A stretch of 64,000 bases of DNA from Candidatus Heimdallarchaeota archaeon. Lineage in GTDB: Archaea > Asgardarchaeota > Heimdallarchaeia > JABLTI01. The DNA lies in NCBI GenBank assembly GCA_018238155.1, contig JABCTZ010000001.1, forward strand, positions 32,001-96,000, written 5' to 3'. Shown here piece after piece: positions 1 to 10,539 of this stretch. Under the pieces are notes generated by a model that worked only from the letters and a program-made list of their open reading frames with translations, was not told the origin of the DNA and made no database searches. The translations under genes were made by a program, and so were the position numbers. Position 1 is the first letter of the stretch; each line of letters starts with the position of its first letter.

Positions 1-54
1 TTTACATTTGACTTTAACTTCAGTTGTTATTGGTTGAGTGATTTTAGCTGTCAA
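1..54 (-). CDS. 5' end of a gene running off the window edge (MTAKITQPITTEVKVKCK...), probably co-transcribed with the small GTPase
   Basis: TTG at 54-52 just after the GTPase stop, GGAG upstream, open frame to the window edge. Confidence 0.45.
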   Translation of the reverse strand, partial: MTAKITQPITTEVKVKCK

Positions 55-57
55 GTA

Positions 58-642
58 TTATCTCTCCATGTATTTATTATTGCACTCATTGAAGAACTCA
101 CTGAACCATTTCTTTAGCTCATTCACTCCCTTACCATCAAAGCAAGATATTTCAAAATATCCTTTTAATCTTGGCTTTAAAATATCCAACAAAGAATCAT
201 CTATGTTGCTTTCCTGATCCATTTTATTCTTGATTACTATAAAAGGAGGAATTTTCAAGTTTGTTTCATTATAGTAATTATTTGCAATATTGACCCACTG
301 ATTAAGGTCGAGTAAACTTTGTGCATTATCTTTTGCAAATACAAAACAGATCAAATCAACAGCACTAAACGCAAGTTTTGGCGTGTCTCGAGTAGCATGA
401 ATTGGTAATTCCAATTGACCTGCTAAATCAACCACTTGAAAAGTACCATTTTTATCTTCAGTTTTGAATTGATCGATTTCAACAAATAATGTTCGATTAT
501 AATTACAATCACCATTCATATCTTTAAGCGGCAGTTTAGATTTAAGTACCTTAGTCAAGCTAGTCTTTCCAACTGCACCTGAACCAAGGATCAGAATTTT
601 CCTTATTTTCTTGAATGATTTCACATATTCAAGATAATCCAT
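58..642 (-). CDS. Ras-superfamily small GTPase (Rab/Roc-like)
   Basis: G1 GSGAVGKTS, G3 DLAGQ, G4 NKMD, G5 ISC; ATG at 642 has GGAG upstream (track starts at 660). Confidence 0.9.
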   Translation of the reverse strand: MDYLEYVKSFKKIRKILILGSGAVGKTSLTKVLKSKLPLKDMNGDCNYNRTLFVEIDQFKTEDKNGTFQVVDLAGQLELPIHATRDTPKLAFSAVDLICFVFAKDNAQSLLDLNQWVNIANNYYNETNLKIPPFIVIKNKMDQESNIDDSLLDILKPRLKGYFEISCFDGKGVNELKKWFSEFFNECNNKYMER

Positions 643-720
643 ATTTTTAATTCTCCACAAAGTGTATTATTAAGATATCTTTTCTGTGTTTATTTCGCTC
701 TTTAAATCATTACCTTTCTT

Positions 721-1755
721 TTACTTGATAGGTTTTTTTGCTTTAAAGGTATTAACCATTGTTGCTGATTTAATTTCTGTGAACCCAGCTTCTATGAACC
801 ATTTATTAAATTGTTTTTTTGAAAAATAACCAGTTATCCCTTCTACTACCCTAGCAGTGATATCAAGATATGGGTTAGTTACTTCTGTTGTACCTTGGCT
901 CCCGAAAATGAACCCGCCTGGTTTTAAAACTCTGAACATTTCTTTTACGCCTTTAATGGGTTTATCCAACCAGTGAAGGAAATTTGAGAAGTAGATCATA
1001 TCAAACTTATTATCTTCAAGCATTGTCATGTTATCAGCTGATCCATGAATAAAGACAGGAGGATTGTCTAGTTGGTCCCAAGTGGTTTCTTTGTATCCAA
1101 ATCTAGAGATATTTTGACAAAACTCTTCTTTAGCGATTGTTAAGAGATTTTCATCATAATCAAGTGCAGTAATTTTAGTGTTTCTTCCTTGGAACCGGAC
1201 CCAAAAATCTGCTGTTTCATATCCGGGACCACAGCCGATATCAAGTAAATGGACATTATTTATCTTTTTCGTGTCAATGAAATTCCAAGCAGAGTCCCTA
1301 AGAGCTTGATATATTTGTCCAGCTAATACAGAGTCCCAATTAAATAATGCTAATCGACCTGTATAATCAAAGAATTTACCTTTCAATCTATTAGGTATTC
1401 CCGTTGAATAAACTTCAAAAACGTCATTAAAATCTTCAATAAATTTAACATTTGGTTTTTCGATTACAACACCTTTATTTAACGAATATCTGCCATATTT
1501 TAGATTGAGAACTTTATCATTTACGAGTAATTTTAGAAAATCATCTACGTACTTTGATGGATATTCCCAATTAAATTGATTAATAAGATCATAAAGAGCT
1601 CTAGGTTTGGTTAAATAATCAATAATATTTGCTTTCTTTAAATTATTTAGCACAAGAAAACGGCTATATTCTTCAAGTTCATTTTTTCTAGAAACAGTAT
1701 TGCCAAGCTTTAATAACGGCATCCAAGCTTTAATATTCTTAATTATATTTGCCAT
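721..1755 (-). CDS. Class I SAM-dependent methyltransferase with N-terminal helical/wHTH-like domain
   Basis: LLDIGCGPG motif I, ALDYD, GSAD, FLHW, VLKPGG; likely start MANIIK at 1755 (track 1884). Confidence 0.85.
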   Translation of the reverse strand: MANIIKNIKAWMPLLKLGNTVSRKNELEEYSRFLVLNNLKKANIIDYLTKPRALYDLINQFNWEYPSKYVDDFLKLLVNDKVLNLKYGRYSLNKGVVIEKPNVKFIEDFNDVFEVYSTGIPNRLKGKFFDYTGRLALFNWDSVLAGQIYQALRDSAWNFIDTKKINNVHLLDIGCGPGYETADFWVRFQGRNTKITALDYDENLLTIAKEEFCQNISRFGYKETTWDQLDNPPVFIHGSADNMTMLEDNKFDMIYFSNFLHWLDKPIKGVKEMFRVLKPGGFIFGSQGTTEVTNPYLDITARVVEGITGYFSKKQFNKWFIEAGFTEIKSATMVNTFKAKKPIK

Positions 1756-2074
1756 TGTATGAAATCCCCATTTTTTGCAGTGGATAAAACATTTATGTTT
1801 GAAAGTTATATTTCTTTCGTTTTTATTAACTTTCCTCATAATAGTAGCAAAAACTGGCGGCAAAAAATTTAAACACAGACCCAATTTATAAAAGACAGAA
1901 TCTTCTGATGGGCATCTTTTTCAGTAATTGTATTCCATTTACAGCATTGTTCGTGTTGCTTTTTTACATCAAAAAAAAATACCTAGTTTTTTCTTATTTA
2001 GAAACAAATACAAAAAAAATCCTTATCTCAAATTATTACTGAGTATACTAAAGCATTTTTTATTTCTACAGATA

Positions 2075-3175
2075 TCATTTACTTGCAAGAACACTCCAAG
2101 AAATTAGCTTGTTCTCTGATATCCCAATAAGCCGAATTTCAGAAGGGATCGTAAAGAAGCAACCAATCTTTAGCCAGTTATGATACTTGAAGATCAATGT
2201 GTTTTGTTCTTTCCACACACCAGCAATTTTTTTGAGAAATTTAACTGATATCTCATTATAAGAAATCCTAAATGCTACTAGAATCTCACACTCACTAAGA
2301 ACATAAAGCACTAAGTCCTTTACAGGCAAATCATATCGATTCAAAATTGTTGCCTTCTCATTAGATACTGAGCCTGCAGCATCAAAGTTCCAAACTACAA
2401 TATAACCTGCATCTCCAGTCCAATATTCATCTGCATCAGAACCAATTCCTGCAATTAGTACTGCACTTTTACTGTTAATGCTGTTCATTGAAAAAGATCG
2501 TAGATAATTCGATTCATAATCGGGGCTTGGAGGTAAGCTCAACTTTTGTGGTGAATTGCCATCCCAATTGCCTTTAGTATCAAAAGTCCAAAGTTTGAGG
2601 AAAGTTTCCATCCAACCGCCAGATACTGTAAGAATGACTTTGTCTTTGTTGAAGGAACATAGAGAAACAGGATAAGCCCAATATGTAAATTCCTTTAGTA
2701 CTAGTGGTTCTTTCTTGTCCCATTGATACTCTGGAGTTAGTTTGTAAACAGAAAGGTTATTGCCATATTCCCCTCCTCCTACAGCCAAAAGCACTCCCCC
2801 ATCTTCAAGAAACTCCATAGCTATTGATTTAATGGACCAAGTCTTTATTTTAAGCGACTCAGGTTTACTCCCATTCCAAATACCTTTGTTATCTATGAAC
2901 CAAAGTTTTACACAAGAACCTTCAAAAGCACTTCCTGAAGCTAGAAGAGCTCCTTTCTTCCCGAGATAGAAGCAGCTCATACAATTAATAGGAAACTTGT
3001 GCCCCTTGATTACTTGGGGTGGTTTTCCATCCCACTTGCCACGTTTAGTAAGTTTCCAGATTTTCATTTGATTACCTGAAGCAGTTATTAACAAATTTAG
3101 CTCAGGGCATGGAATAAGGGAATGAATAGTTTGTGTTTCTTCATTTCCTTCCAAGTTTTCAATCAAAATGGCCAT
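2075..3175 (-). CDS. WD40-like beta-propeller protein
   Basis: GH..PI, LLASGS, VKLW motifs; repeated KxW....GxWDGxxP units. Confidence 0.75.
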   Translation of the reverse strand: MAILIENLEGNEETQTIHSLIPCPELNLLITASGNQMKIWKLTKRGKWDGKPPQVIKGHKFPINCMSCFYLGKKGALLASGSAFEGSCVKLWFIDNKGIWNGSKPESLKIKTWSIKSIAMEFLEDGGVLLAVGGGEYGNNLSVYKLTPEYQWDKKEPLVLKEFTYWAYPVSLCSFNKDKVILTVSGGWMETFLKLWTFDTKGNWDGNSPQKLSLPPSPDYESNYLRSFSMNSINSKSAVLIAGIGSDADEYWTGDAGYIVVWNFDAAGSVSNEKATILNRYDLPVKDLVLYVLSECEILVAFRISYNEISVKFLKKIAGVWKEQNTLIFKYHNWLKIGCFFTIPSEIRLIGISENKLISWSVLASK

Positions 3176-3319
3176 ATAGAGAAATACTGCTCTTTAATTA
3201 TAAAACTTGGTCAAAAAAAGCACAGAAATTCAACAAATCTATTTCTAAATAATCAAGAAAAAATATTCTTCTTTTCTATTGAAGAACTTTTAATAAACGT
3301 TGAATGAATAGATACGATT

Positions 3320-5368
3320 ATGCCGGAACAAAATAATCCCCCCATTGCAAAGAAAGAACCAAAGGTCACTAAGATTTTTGGGCATGAGTTAGTTGATGAT
3401 TACTTTTGGTTGCGAGGAAAAGAAAAACAAGAAGTAATCGATTATTTAACAGCTGAAAATGATTATACTAAAACAAAAACTAACCATCTTGAACCTTTCA
3501 TTGATGAATTATTTTCAGAAATGAAAAATAGAATCAAGGAAGATGATGAGAGTGTTCCCTACAAATTCAAGGACTATTACTATTATAATAAAAATGAGAA
3601 GGGTAAAGAGTACAAGATTTACTTTAGAAAACACTTGAATTTAGAGAGCAAAGAAGAATTGATTATAGATGTAAATGAATTAGCTAAGGATTTTGAATAT
3701 TATAAAATTCAAACAATGAAGATTAGCCCAGATCAGAAATTATTGGCTTATTCAATTGACAACACTGGTTATGAGAAATTTAGCATCCAGATTAAGAATC
3801 TAGAAACAGGTGAAATGAGCTCTACTGGAGTTGAAAACATTGGCTGGAGCTTTGAATGGATAGATGATAAAACAATCTACTATATTCTAAGGGATGACGC
3901 TCAAAGACCTTACGCTCTAAAAAGACATATTCTTGGTACTTCACCAGAAACAGATGTTCTTATTTTTGAAGAAAAGGATATTACAAGAAGTTTAACAGTC
4001 TGGAAAAGTAAAGATGGAAAATACCTCTTTATGGATTCTGAAACAACAACTAGTTCGGAAACACGATTCCTTGATTTGTCAAATCCACTAGAAGAGTTTG
4101 TCGTTTTTCACTCGAGAGAAAAAGACCACGAGTACAATATTAGTCATAAAGATGGTTATTTTTACATTATAACTAATGATGATAAGGCTACGAATTTCAA
4201 ATTAATGAGAACTACGATTGACAATCTAACTAAAGATAATTGGGAAGAATTAATTGCTCACAATGCTGATGTGAAGCTCACATGGTCTTATGCCTATGAA
4301 CCTTATTTGGTAATCATTAAACGCCATGAGGGCATAACAAAAATAGGTATTTTCTATGGGAAAGATGATGCAAGAAATCATGATGTAGCATTTCCTGAAC
4401 CGATATATAGTGTTAGTCCGGGAGATAATTTTGAATATTCATCGGATGTTTTGCGCCTTCGGTATACATCATTAATAACTCCTGCAACCATTTTCGATTA
4501 TCAGCTTAAAGATAAGAAATTAGTCCTTTTGAAAGAGGATGAAGTAAAGAATTACAATAAAGAAGACTATGTGACAACTCGAGTTAATGTAAAAGTACGT
4601 GATGGTGTACAAGTACCTATTTCAATTGTTCACAAGAAAGATCTGGTAACACCAGCACCAACCATGCTCTATGCTTATGGTTCTTACGGCTATTCTATGG
4701 ATACCAATTTCTCTCCAACTTTAATAAGTCTAATCGAACGAGATATGGTGTATATCATTGCTCATATACGTGGTGGTGGAGAGCTCGGAAGAAAATGGTA
4801 TGACGATGGTAAAATGCTCAAGAAAAAGAATACCTTCTATGATTTCATTGATTGCGCAAAATATTTACTAGAACAAAAAATAACTACAAAAGAACAATTA
4901 GTAGTTGCAGGAGGAAGTGCCGGTGGATTATTAATGGGTGCTATCATGAACATGGCTCCTGAATTATTCCAGTTAATTATTGCTCGAGTGCCATTTGTTG
5001 ATGTAATCAATACTATGCTAGATGAAACCATCCCGCTAACTGCTCAAGAATGGGAGGAATGGGGAAATCCAAACAATAAAGAATATTTTGATTATATGCT
5101 GTCGTATTCCCCTTATGACAATGTAGAAGCAAAGGATTATCCTAATATTTTAGTAACAACAGGATTAAATGATCCTCGAGTTGCTTATTGGGAACCGGCA
5201 AAAATGGTAGCCAAACTGAGAGCATCGAAAACTGATAAAAATGAGCTGTTATTGAAAATAAATATGGGTGCAGGGCATGGTGGTGCTTCTGGACGGTATG
5301 AACACATGAAAGAAACAGCTTTTATCTATGGATATATGCTTGATAAGCTTGGTTTGACTAAGAAATAA
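3320..5368 (+). CDS. ptrB: Oligopeptidase B (S9A serine peptidase)
   Basis: PPIAKK/DDYFWLR N-terminus, GGSAGG nucleophile, DPRV, GHGGASGRY. Confidence 0.93.
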   Translation: MPEQNNPPIAKKEPKVTKIFGHELVDDYFWLRGKEKQEVIDYLTAENDYTKTKTNHLEPFIDELFSEMKNRIKEDDESVPYKFKDYYYYNKNEKGKEYKIYFRKHLNLESKEELIIDVNELAKDFEYYKIQTMKISPDQKLLAYSIDNTGYEKFSIQIKNLETGEMSSTGVENIGWSFEWIDDKTIYYILRDDAQRPYALKRHILGTSPETDVLIFEEKDITRSLTVWKSKDGKYLFMDSETTTSSETRFLDLSNPLEEFVVFHSREKDHEYNISHKDGYFYIITNDDKATNFKLMRTTIDNLTKDNWEELIAHNADVKLTWSYAYEPYLVIIKRHEGITKIGIFYGKDDARNHDVAFPEPIYSVSPGDNFEYSSDVLRLRYTSLITPATIFDYQLKDKKLVLLKEDEVKNYNKEDYVTTRVNVKVRDGVQVPISIVHKKDLVTPAPTMLYAYGSYGYSMDTNFSPTLISLIERDMVYIIAHIRGGGELGRKWYDDGKMLKKKNTFYDFIDCAKYLLEQKITTKEQLVVAGGSAGGLLMGAIMNMAPELFQLIIARVPFVDVINTMLDETIPLTAQEWEEWGNPNNKEYFDYMLSYSPYDNVEAKDYPNILVTTGLNDPRVAYWEPAKMVAKLRASKTDKNELLLKINMGAGHGGASGRYEHMKETAFIYGYMLDKLGLTKK

Positions 5369-5369
5369 T

Positions 5370-5398
5370 GAGAATAATTATTCTCTTTTTTTCTTTTT
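5370..5398 (+). terminator. Palindrome + T-tract terminator after ptrB
   Basis: GAGAATAATTATTCTC perfect 16-bp palindrome followed by TTTTTTTCTTTTT. Confidence 0.55.
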
Positions 5399-5493
5399 AA
5401 ATTGTTTCTACATTAAATTAAGATTTTGTTTTCTTATAAAAGAATAATGAAAGAATAAAAGGGAAATTAATCCTCTAAAGTCAAATTAAAGAA

Positions 5494-6450
5494 TTACCGT
5501 GTGCCAAATAGTGGTATATTACAAAATGGGCATTTGTTCGTGCTACTTATCATTGAAAACCTCTTACCACATGAGTAACATGTATGAAGTTCAGAATAAG
5601 GTTTTTCGTTACGAGAACTAGTAACATTTACTTTAGTATCCGGGATTTGATTAACAATCTCAGTCAATAGACTATCCAAATCTTGATTCTTGGTATCCTG
5701 TCGTGGTATATATCCTGGTGGTGGAGGAGGAGTCGGATACTGTTGTTGATTTTCTGGAGGAGGTGGAATCGCATATACTTGTTGACTTTCATGAGGAGAT
5801 GGAATCGCATATACTTGTTGACTTTCATGAGGAGGAGGGGGTGGCGGTAAAGTTTCATTTACTGTTTTTACTGGTGGAGGTGTTGATTGAACATATTGTT
5901 GTAATGGTTGAGTATATTGCTCTGATGAAATGGTAAAAGTTGGGGATGAATCTTGAAAAGGATTGCCTGGGACAATAGAAACTTTATTTTTACAATTGGG
6001 GCACTTTTTAGTTCCTGCTGGAAGAGCAACAACACAATTCAAACAAAGAGTAGTTTCTATATCACTAAATTCAGAATGAATTGCTTTTCTCAAGATTGCT
6101 TCATGTTTTTTATTTGAATTTCTACTTACTGTTATGAGTAGCAGCAATGTCACTAGAAAAATACCTAAACTTACAAATCCCAATATCCTACCTTGCTGAC
6201 CAATAATTCCAAATGAAGCGATAAATGTGAAAAATAGTATTGGTATTGTAATTCTTCCAATCCAATGATGTATATGATCTTGTACAAGTAAAGCATCTGC
6301 GTGTTCTTTGCTCATGATATTGATATGTGCAGGACATAAACCATTTGTACGATGTTTTCTGCACACGTATCTTCCACAGTAAGTACATGTTCTTGCTCTA
6401 CCAATTCTTGTACCTTTGCCGCAAATAGAACATAAAGCGTAACGTGCCAT
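5494..6450 (-). CDS. Membrane protein with Zn fingers/ribbons and proline-rich repeat region
   Basis: N-terminal CxxC/CxxC/CxxH/CxxH, two TM helices, CxxC..CxxC, polyproline tracts, C-terminal CxxC..CxxC. Confidence 0.8.
   Translation of the reverse strand: MARYALCSICGKGTRIGRARTCTYCGRYVCRKHRTNGLCPAHINIMSKEHADALLVQDHIHHWIGRITIPILFFTFIASFGIIGQQGRILGFVSLGIFLVTLLLLITVSRNSNKKHEAILRKAIHSEFSDIETTLCLNCVVALPAGTKKCPNCKNKVSIVPGNPFQDSSPTFTISSEQYTQPLQQYVQSTPPPVKTVNETLPPPPPPHESQQVYAIPSPHESQQVYAIPPPPENQQQYPTPPPPPGYIPRQDTKNQDLDSLLTEIVNQIPDTKVNVTSSRNEKPYSELHTCYSCGKRFSMISSTNKCPFCNIPLFGTR
5764..5834. repeat. 36-bp-period intragenic tandem repeat (2 copies)
   Basis: TGGAATCGCATATACTTGTTGACTTTCATGAGGAG at 5764 and 5800; encodes PHESQQVYAIP twice. 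Confidence 0.9.
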
Positions 6451-6693
6451 AACTTTAGCTACTCCTAATTAGATAATTACTAAATAATCCCGAATCCCCT
6501 TTTTTTTGAGAATCCACTTTAAGGAAATTAAATTTTATCGTATATAATCCTTTATGTTCAATTTTAATTTCGAGTAATCAAATAATCATTCAAATTTATA
6601 AAAACTCGGAAAAAATAGATCAAAAAAATACAAACTATAAATCATCTTGTTTAAAAAACAAAAAGTCATAAAGAACAAATCGTTTTCTTAATA

Positions 6694-7088
6694 ATGTCTG
6701 AACAAAAACAACCAAGTCAACAACCAGACTTGCTTGTTTCAACAACTACAATTATACTAGATATCGAATAGTTGCATATCGTGTAATTTTATTAGGGATA
6801 GCATTAACAACCTATATTTTATTTCGCATTATTTATCGAAGAACAAAACGGAACAGAGATGAGTGTGAAGGATGTCAAGAACTCGACCAACTTGGTGTCT
6901 GCTCTGGGTTTAATACCCGAATGGACGCAGAAAGAGAATATTCACGAATCGCTACAAAACTCTTAGAACCCGATCTAGAAAAATATGTGAAAGGAAAATT
7001 TTCTTCATTAGGCGTTGATGAAGGTGGAATTGTTTCTAGCGAAAATAATTCTGATTATAATGTTGAATCCAAATCAGAGAAATCTTGA
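6694..7088 (+). pseudogene. Frameshifted/internally deleted Cys-motif membrane protein gene
   Basis: ATG frame MSEQKQPSQQPDLL stops after 25 codons; another frame without a start reads TM helix then CEGC...CSGF to TGA at 7088. Confidence 0.6.
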
Positions 7089-7160
7089 ATTACTTCTTCT
7101 TAGAAAAATAGAGATAGAAACCACATTAATACTGGGTTTCTTTCTTAATTGTTGGAGATT

Positions 7161-8657
7161 CTATGTTCCGCCCATTAATGCTAAAGCTAAAAGACTAACA
7201 ATAGCAAGAATAGTAATGACCCCACCTTCTAAAATATCGAAGCTGTTATCATCCATTATCATCATTTTTTCAGCAGTAGACATAATATAAATGCAGCCCA
7301 GCACCATTGTAATATTAATAGTAATAGGGATACCAATACCAATTATACCACTAATCAAGAATGGCAAACCAAACAATAAAAAGAATGTTTGGTTAATTGC
7401 TGATACTTGGTTAATTAAACCTATTTTCTGTGTTTCTTCATCTGGATGTAATAATCCTCTGAAGGTAACAATTAATTCCGGAGAAGTTGAGATTAATCCT
7501 ACAACTACCGCATAAACCAATATTGGTACTTCTATAAGAAAATCATGCTCAAATACATGTAATCCATTTTCAATTCCTGATGCGAGAAATTCTCCGCCCC
7601 AAATGATTCCACCTGCACCTATGGCGAATAATGCAATAATGATAATCCACGGGAATCGTCTTAACGTTGCTAACTCATCATGTTTGCTGTGACTTGTACT
7701 CACTTTCCTTGGTGGTTCACATGGTATCTCTTCATCAAGTTTTGTTTCTATTTTAGTACCAAGTTTCAATTGCACTGTTTCTGATGCCTTTTCATTATGA
7801 TCTGTTTTATTATCATCTTCGTAAAATTCTGTTATTAATGTTTGAGGGGTAGACGTTTTTTTACCATATCGTTTTATTAGAACAAAGATAAATAATCCGT
7901 AAACGAGGAGTAATGCTGCTCCAAAAACGATTTCAACACCTCTGCTATATTGAGAAGGAATAGCTGATTCGAATCGAATGTCGTAGAATTCATAAAAAAG
8001 TCCATACAAAACCATCACAAAAGTGAAGACCTTTATTCCTAAAACCATGTTTGTTTCATACATTGTCAATTCTGGTGGAAGCTTGAATGGACCTTTTTTC
8101 GATACAAAAATCATTGATATTCCAAGAAAGAGTATGTTAATTATTACTGTAGTTAAAATTAGAATAATAGCTGTGGTTGCCAATTTACCACCTACTACTG
8201 GGTCAGGTTCTAAATGTGATCTAATTAAAAGCAATGTAACGATTACAAGCTCTGCAAGTGCAGCTCCGATAGCACTCATTATACCTGCAATATATGGGTT
8301 CATATTCAATTTATCTTTGACCCCTTTTACACCAAGAATAACCATTTCTGATGCTCCAAAAACAATCAATAATCCTGCTGCAAAACCAAGGAGAACTCGA
8401 GACCATCCTGGAAAAACTTCGGGAAATCCTTCTGCGATATAAAAGAATATTCCAACGATGATTCCAAGAATAAAAGTGATTATTGTTGACTTATGTATAT
8501 TCTTGATTATCGTTCCTAGTGCTTCTTCTGGCTCAATCATCTCAAGTATTTCAGGGCATTCTGCATCAGATAGAGGTAAATCAAAATCCTCTGACTCTTG
8601 CAGTGCAACCATTTCTTCATTTTTTTCTTTAGAAATTTTCGATTTTCTTGGCATCAT
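7161..8657 (-). CDS. Ca2+/cation antiporter (CaCA, Na+/Ca2+ exchanger-like)
   Basis: Two TM bundles separated by a hydrophilic loop; alpha-repeat-like AIGAALAEL and ISTSPEL. Confidence 0.75.
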   Translation of the reverse strand: MMPRKSKISKEKNEEMVALQESEDFDLPLSDAECPEILEMIEPEEALGTIIKNIHKSTIITFILGIIVGIFFYIAEGFPEVFPGWSRVLLGFAAGLLIVFGASEMVILGVKGVKDKLNMNPYIAGIMSAIGAALAELVIVTLLLIRSHLEPDPVVGGKLATTAIILILTTVIINILFLGISMIFVSKKGPFKLPPELTMYETNMVLGIKVFTFVMVLYGLFYEFYDIRFESAIPSQYSRGVEIVFGAALLLVYGLFIFVLIKRYGKKTSTPQTLITEFYEDDNKTDHNEKASETVQLKLGTKIETKLDEEIPCEPPRKVSTSHSKHDELATLRRFPWIIIIALFAIGAGGIIWGGEFLASGIENGLHVFEHDFLIEVPILVYAVVVGLISTSPELIVTFRGLLHPDEETQKIGLINQVSAINQTFFLLFGLPFLISGIIGIGIPITINITMVLGCIYIMSTAEKMMIMDDNSFDILEGGVITILAIVSLLALALMGGT

Positions 8658-8873
8658 TGTTAGCTCCTTACCAGGAATATTCTAGTTAGATTTTTCTATC
8701 TTCTATTTACATTAATCGTTCTCTTATATTACTTTCCAAACTGTTCAATTTGCAAATAGAATGAGTGTTTAAGAAAAACAAGGAATACTTAAAAAACATT
8801 ATTTTATACTTTGAGTGAGCAGTATCAATTTTTTCTTTAAAAATGGTTATTTAAAATCGAGGAGCAGATATAA

Positions 8874-10496
8874 ATGAAGACAATAAAGAATAAAAAGATA
8901 ATTTTAATCTCAATTTCATTAATTTCAGTTATTACAATATCAAGTTTTATTTTCATAGCTTTAAATTTTAGATGTAAAGATGAAATTTCACCTTTTGAAA
9001 CAGATTATATATTGCAAGGGAAAATTGTCTCGATGGAAAATGAAATGGGAATAATACCGTCAGGTAAAATATTGGTTAGAAATGGATTGATAGAAGCAAT
9101 ATGGGAAAGTAGCGCAAGCCCTCCAGCAAATATTGACATTACTGGTATTTCACTTATTGAGACAGATGGTATTATTTTTCCTGGTCTAATTGATACTCAT
9201 AACCACCCATACTATAATACAATTCCACTCTGGGATATTGATACATTATATTCTAATAGATATGAATGGCAAGCGGGAGATAATTACAGTCCAGATATTG
9301 ATAATCCCTGTGATATACTAATAAACTCGAAATATGCAGATTTAAGAACAGAAACTACCAAATATGCAGAAATTAAGGCATTAATTGGTGGAACTACTTC
9401 TATACAAGGGGCAGGCTATTGTGATGATGAATATAATTCTATACTGGTTCGAAATATTGATCATACAAATTTTGGCAAAGATAAAACAATGATGTTTAAT
9501 GCTCCTGTAGGTTCTTTGTCAGAAAGATCCATTCTTAATGCTCATAACAAAGGAAATCTCGATGCATTTTTCTTACATATTGGTGAAGGAACTGACGAAT
9601 TATCTCATAATGAATTTGATACCTTAAAGAATAAAGGACTTTTAATAGAACCATTAGTTGCTATCCATGCGTTAGCATTTAATAGAAGTAACTTTGAAGA
9701 AATGGCTTCCATTGGTGCCAAAATGGTTTGGTCCCCTACAAGTAATCTTATGTTGTATGGTAACACCACTGATGTGAAAGCAGCATGGGAAGAAGGTGTA
9801 ACGGTTGCTTTAGCACCTGATTGGTCTCCAAGCGGTGCAAAGAATATCTTAGGTGAATTAAAAATTGCTGATCAATGGAATATAAATAAACTTAGCAATT
9901 TCTTTAGCGATTACAATCTAACTCAAATGGTTACAACAAATGCAGCTGAGATTTGTGGGTGGGAGAATCTAGTTGGTAAAATTAAAGTAGGATTTCATGC
10001 AGATTTGTTAATTTTGGATGAATTTAATGATACACTTTCTCCTTACAGGACACTGATAGAAGCAATTGATTTCGATGTCAAACTAGTTATTGTTGAAGGA
10101 AATCCACTATACGGGTTAACAGAAATGTTTGATATTTTAAAACCTGACGATTATGAAACTATTGAATTTAATGGGTGGACTAGAGCTCTTGATATTACTA
10201 ATGAAGATGTTACAAATGGTTATCAGACATTTTCTTCAATAAATAATACATTAACTGATATTATGACTTTTGACCCAGAAATATTGTTTGGTTTTTTTGA
10301 TGGAGGAAAAAAAACACTTAGTGCATTTACTGATTGGTTAGCTGTTGAATTCTCAAGTAATCTTCACGCAATACCACTAGATCCGATTTATACTTACGGC
10401 GATTCAGTTTATTTTAATGCGATAAATTCTTCAGTCAACTTCAATAATAATTTTGATTGTAATTTAACGTCATATTATATACGTATACACACATAA
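8874..10496 (+). CDS. Membrane-anchored metal-dependent amidohydrolase
   Basis: N-terminal TM, PGLIDTHNH, HIGEG, AIHA, APDW, GKIKVGFHADL. Confidence 0.85.
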   Translation: MKTIKNKKIILISISLISVITISSFIFIALNFRCKDEISPFETDYILQGKIVSMENEMGIIPSGKILVRNGLIEAIWESSASPPANIDITGISLIETDGIIFPGLIDTHNHPYYNTIPLWDIDTLYSNRYEWQAGDNYSPDIDNPCDILINSKYADLRTETTKYAEIKALIGGTTSIQGAGYCDDEYNSILVRNIDHTNFGKDKTMMFNAPVGSLSERSILNAHNKGNLDAFFLHIGEGTDELSHNEFDTLKNKGLLIEPLVAIHALAFNRSNFEEMASIGAKMVWSPTSNLMLYGNTTDVKAAWEEGVTVALAPDWSPSGAKNILGELKIADQWNINKLSNFFSDYNLTQMVTTNAAEICGWENLVGKIKVGFHADLLILDEFNDTLSPYRTLIEAIDFDVKLVIVEGNPLYGLTEMFDILKPDDYETIEFNGWTRALDITNEDVTNGYQTFSSINNTLTDIMTFDPEILFGFFDGGKKTLSAFTDWLAVEFSSNLHAIPLDPIYTYGDSVYFNAINSSVNFNNNFDCNLTSYYIRIHT

Positions 10497-10539
10497 TTGT
10501 CAGTTATATTCTCAAGCATTACGCTTCTAATCGACAGAA

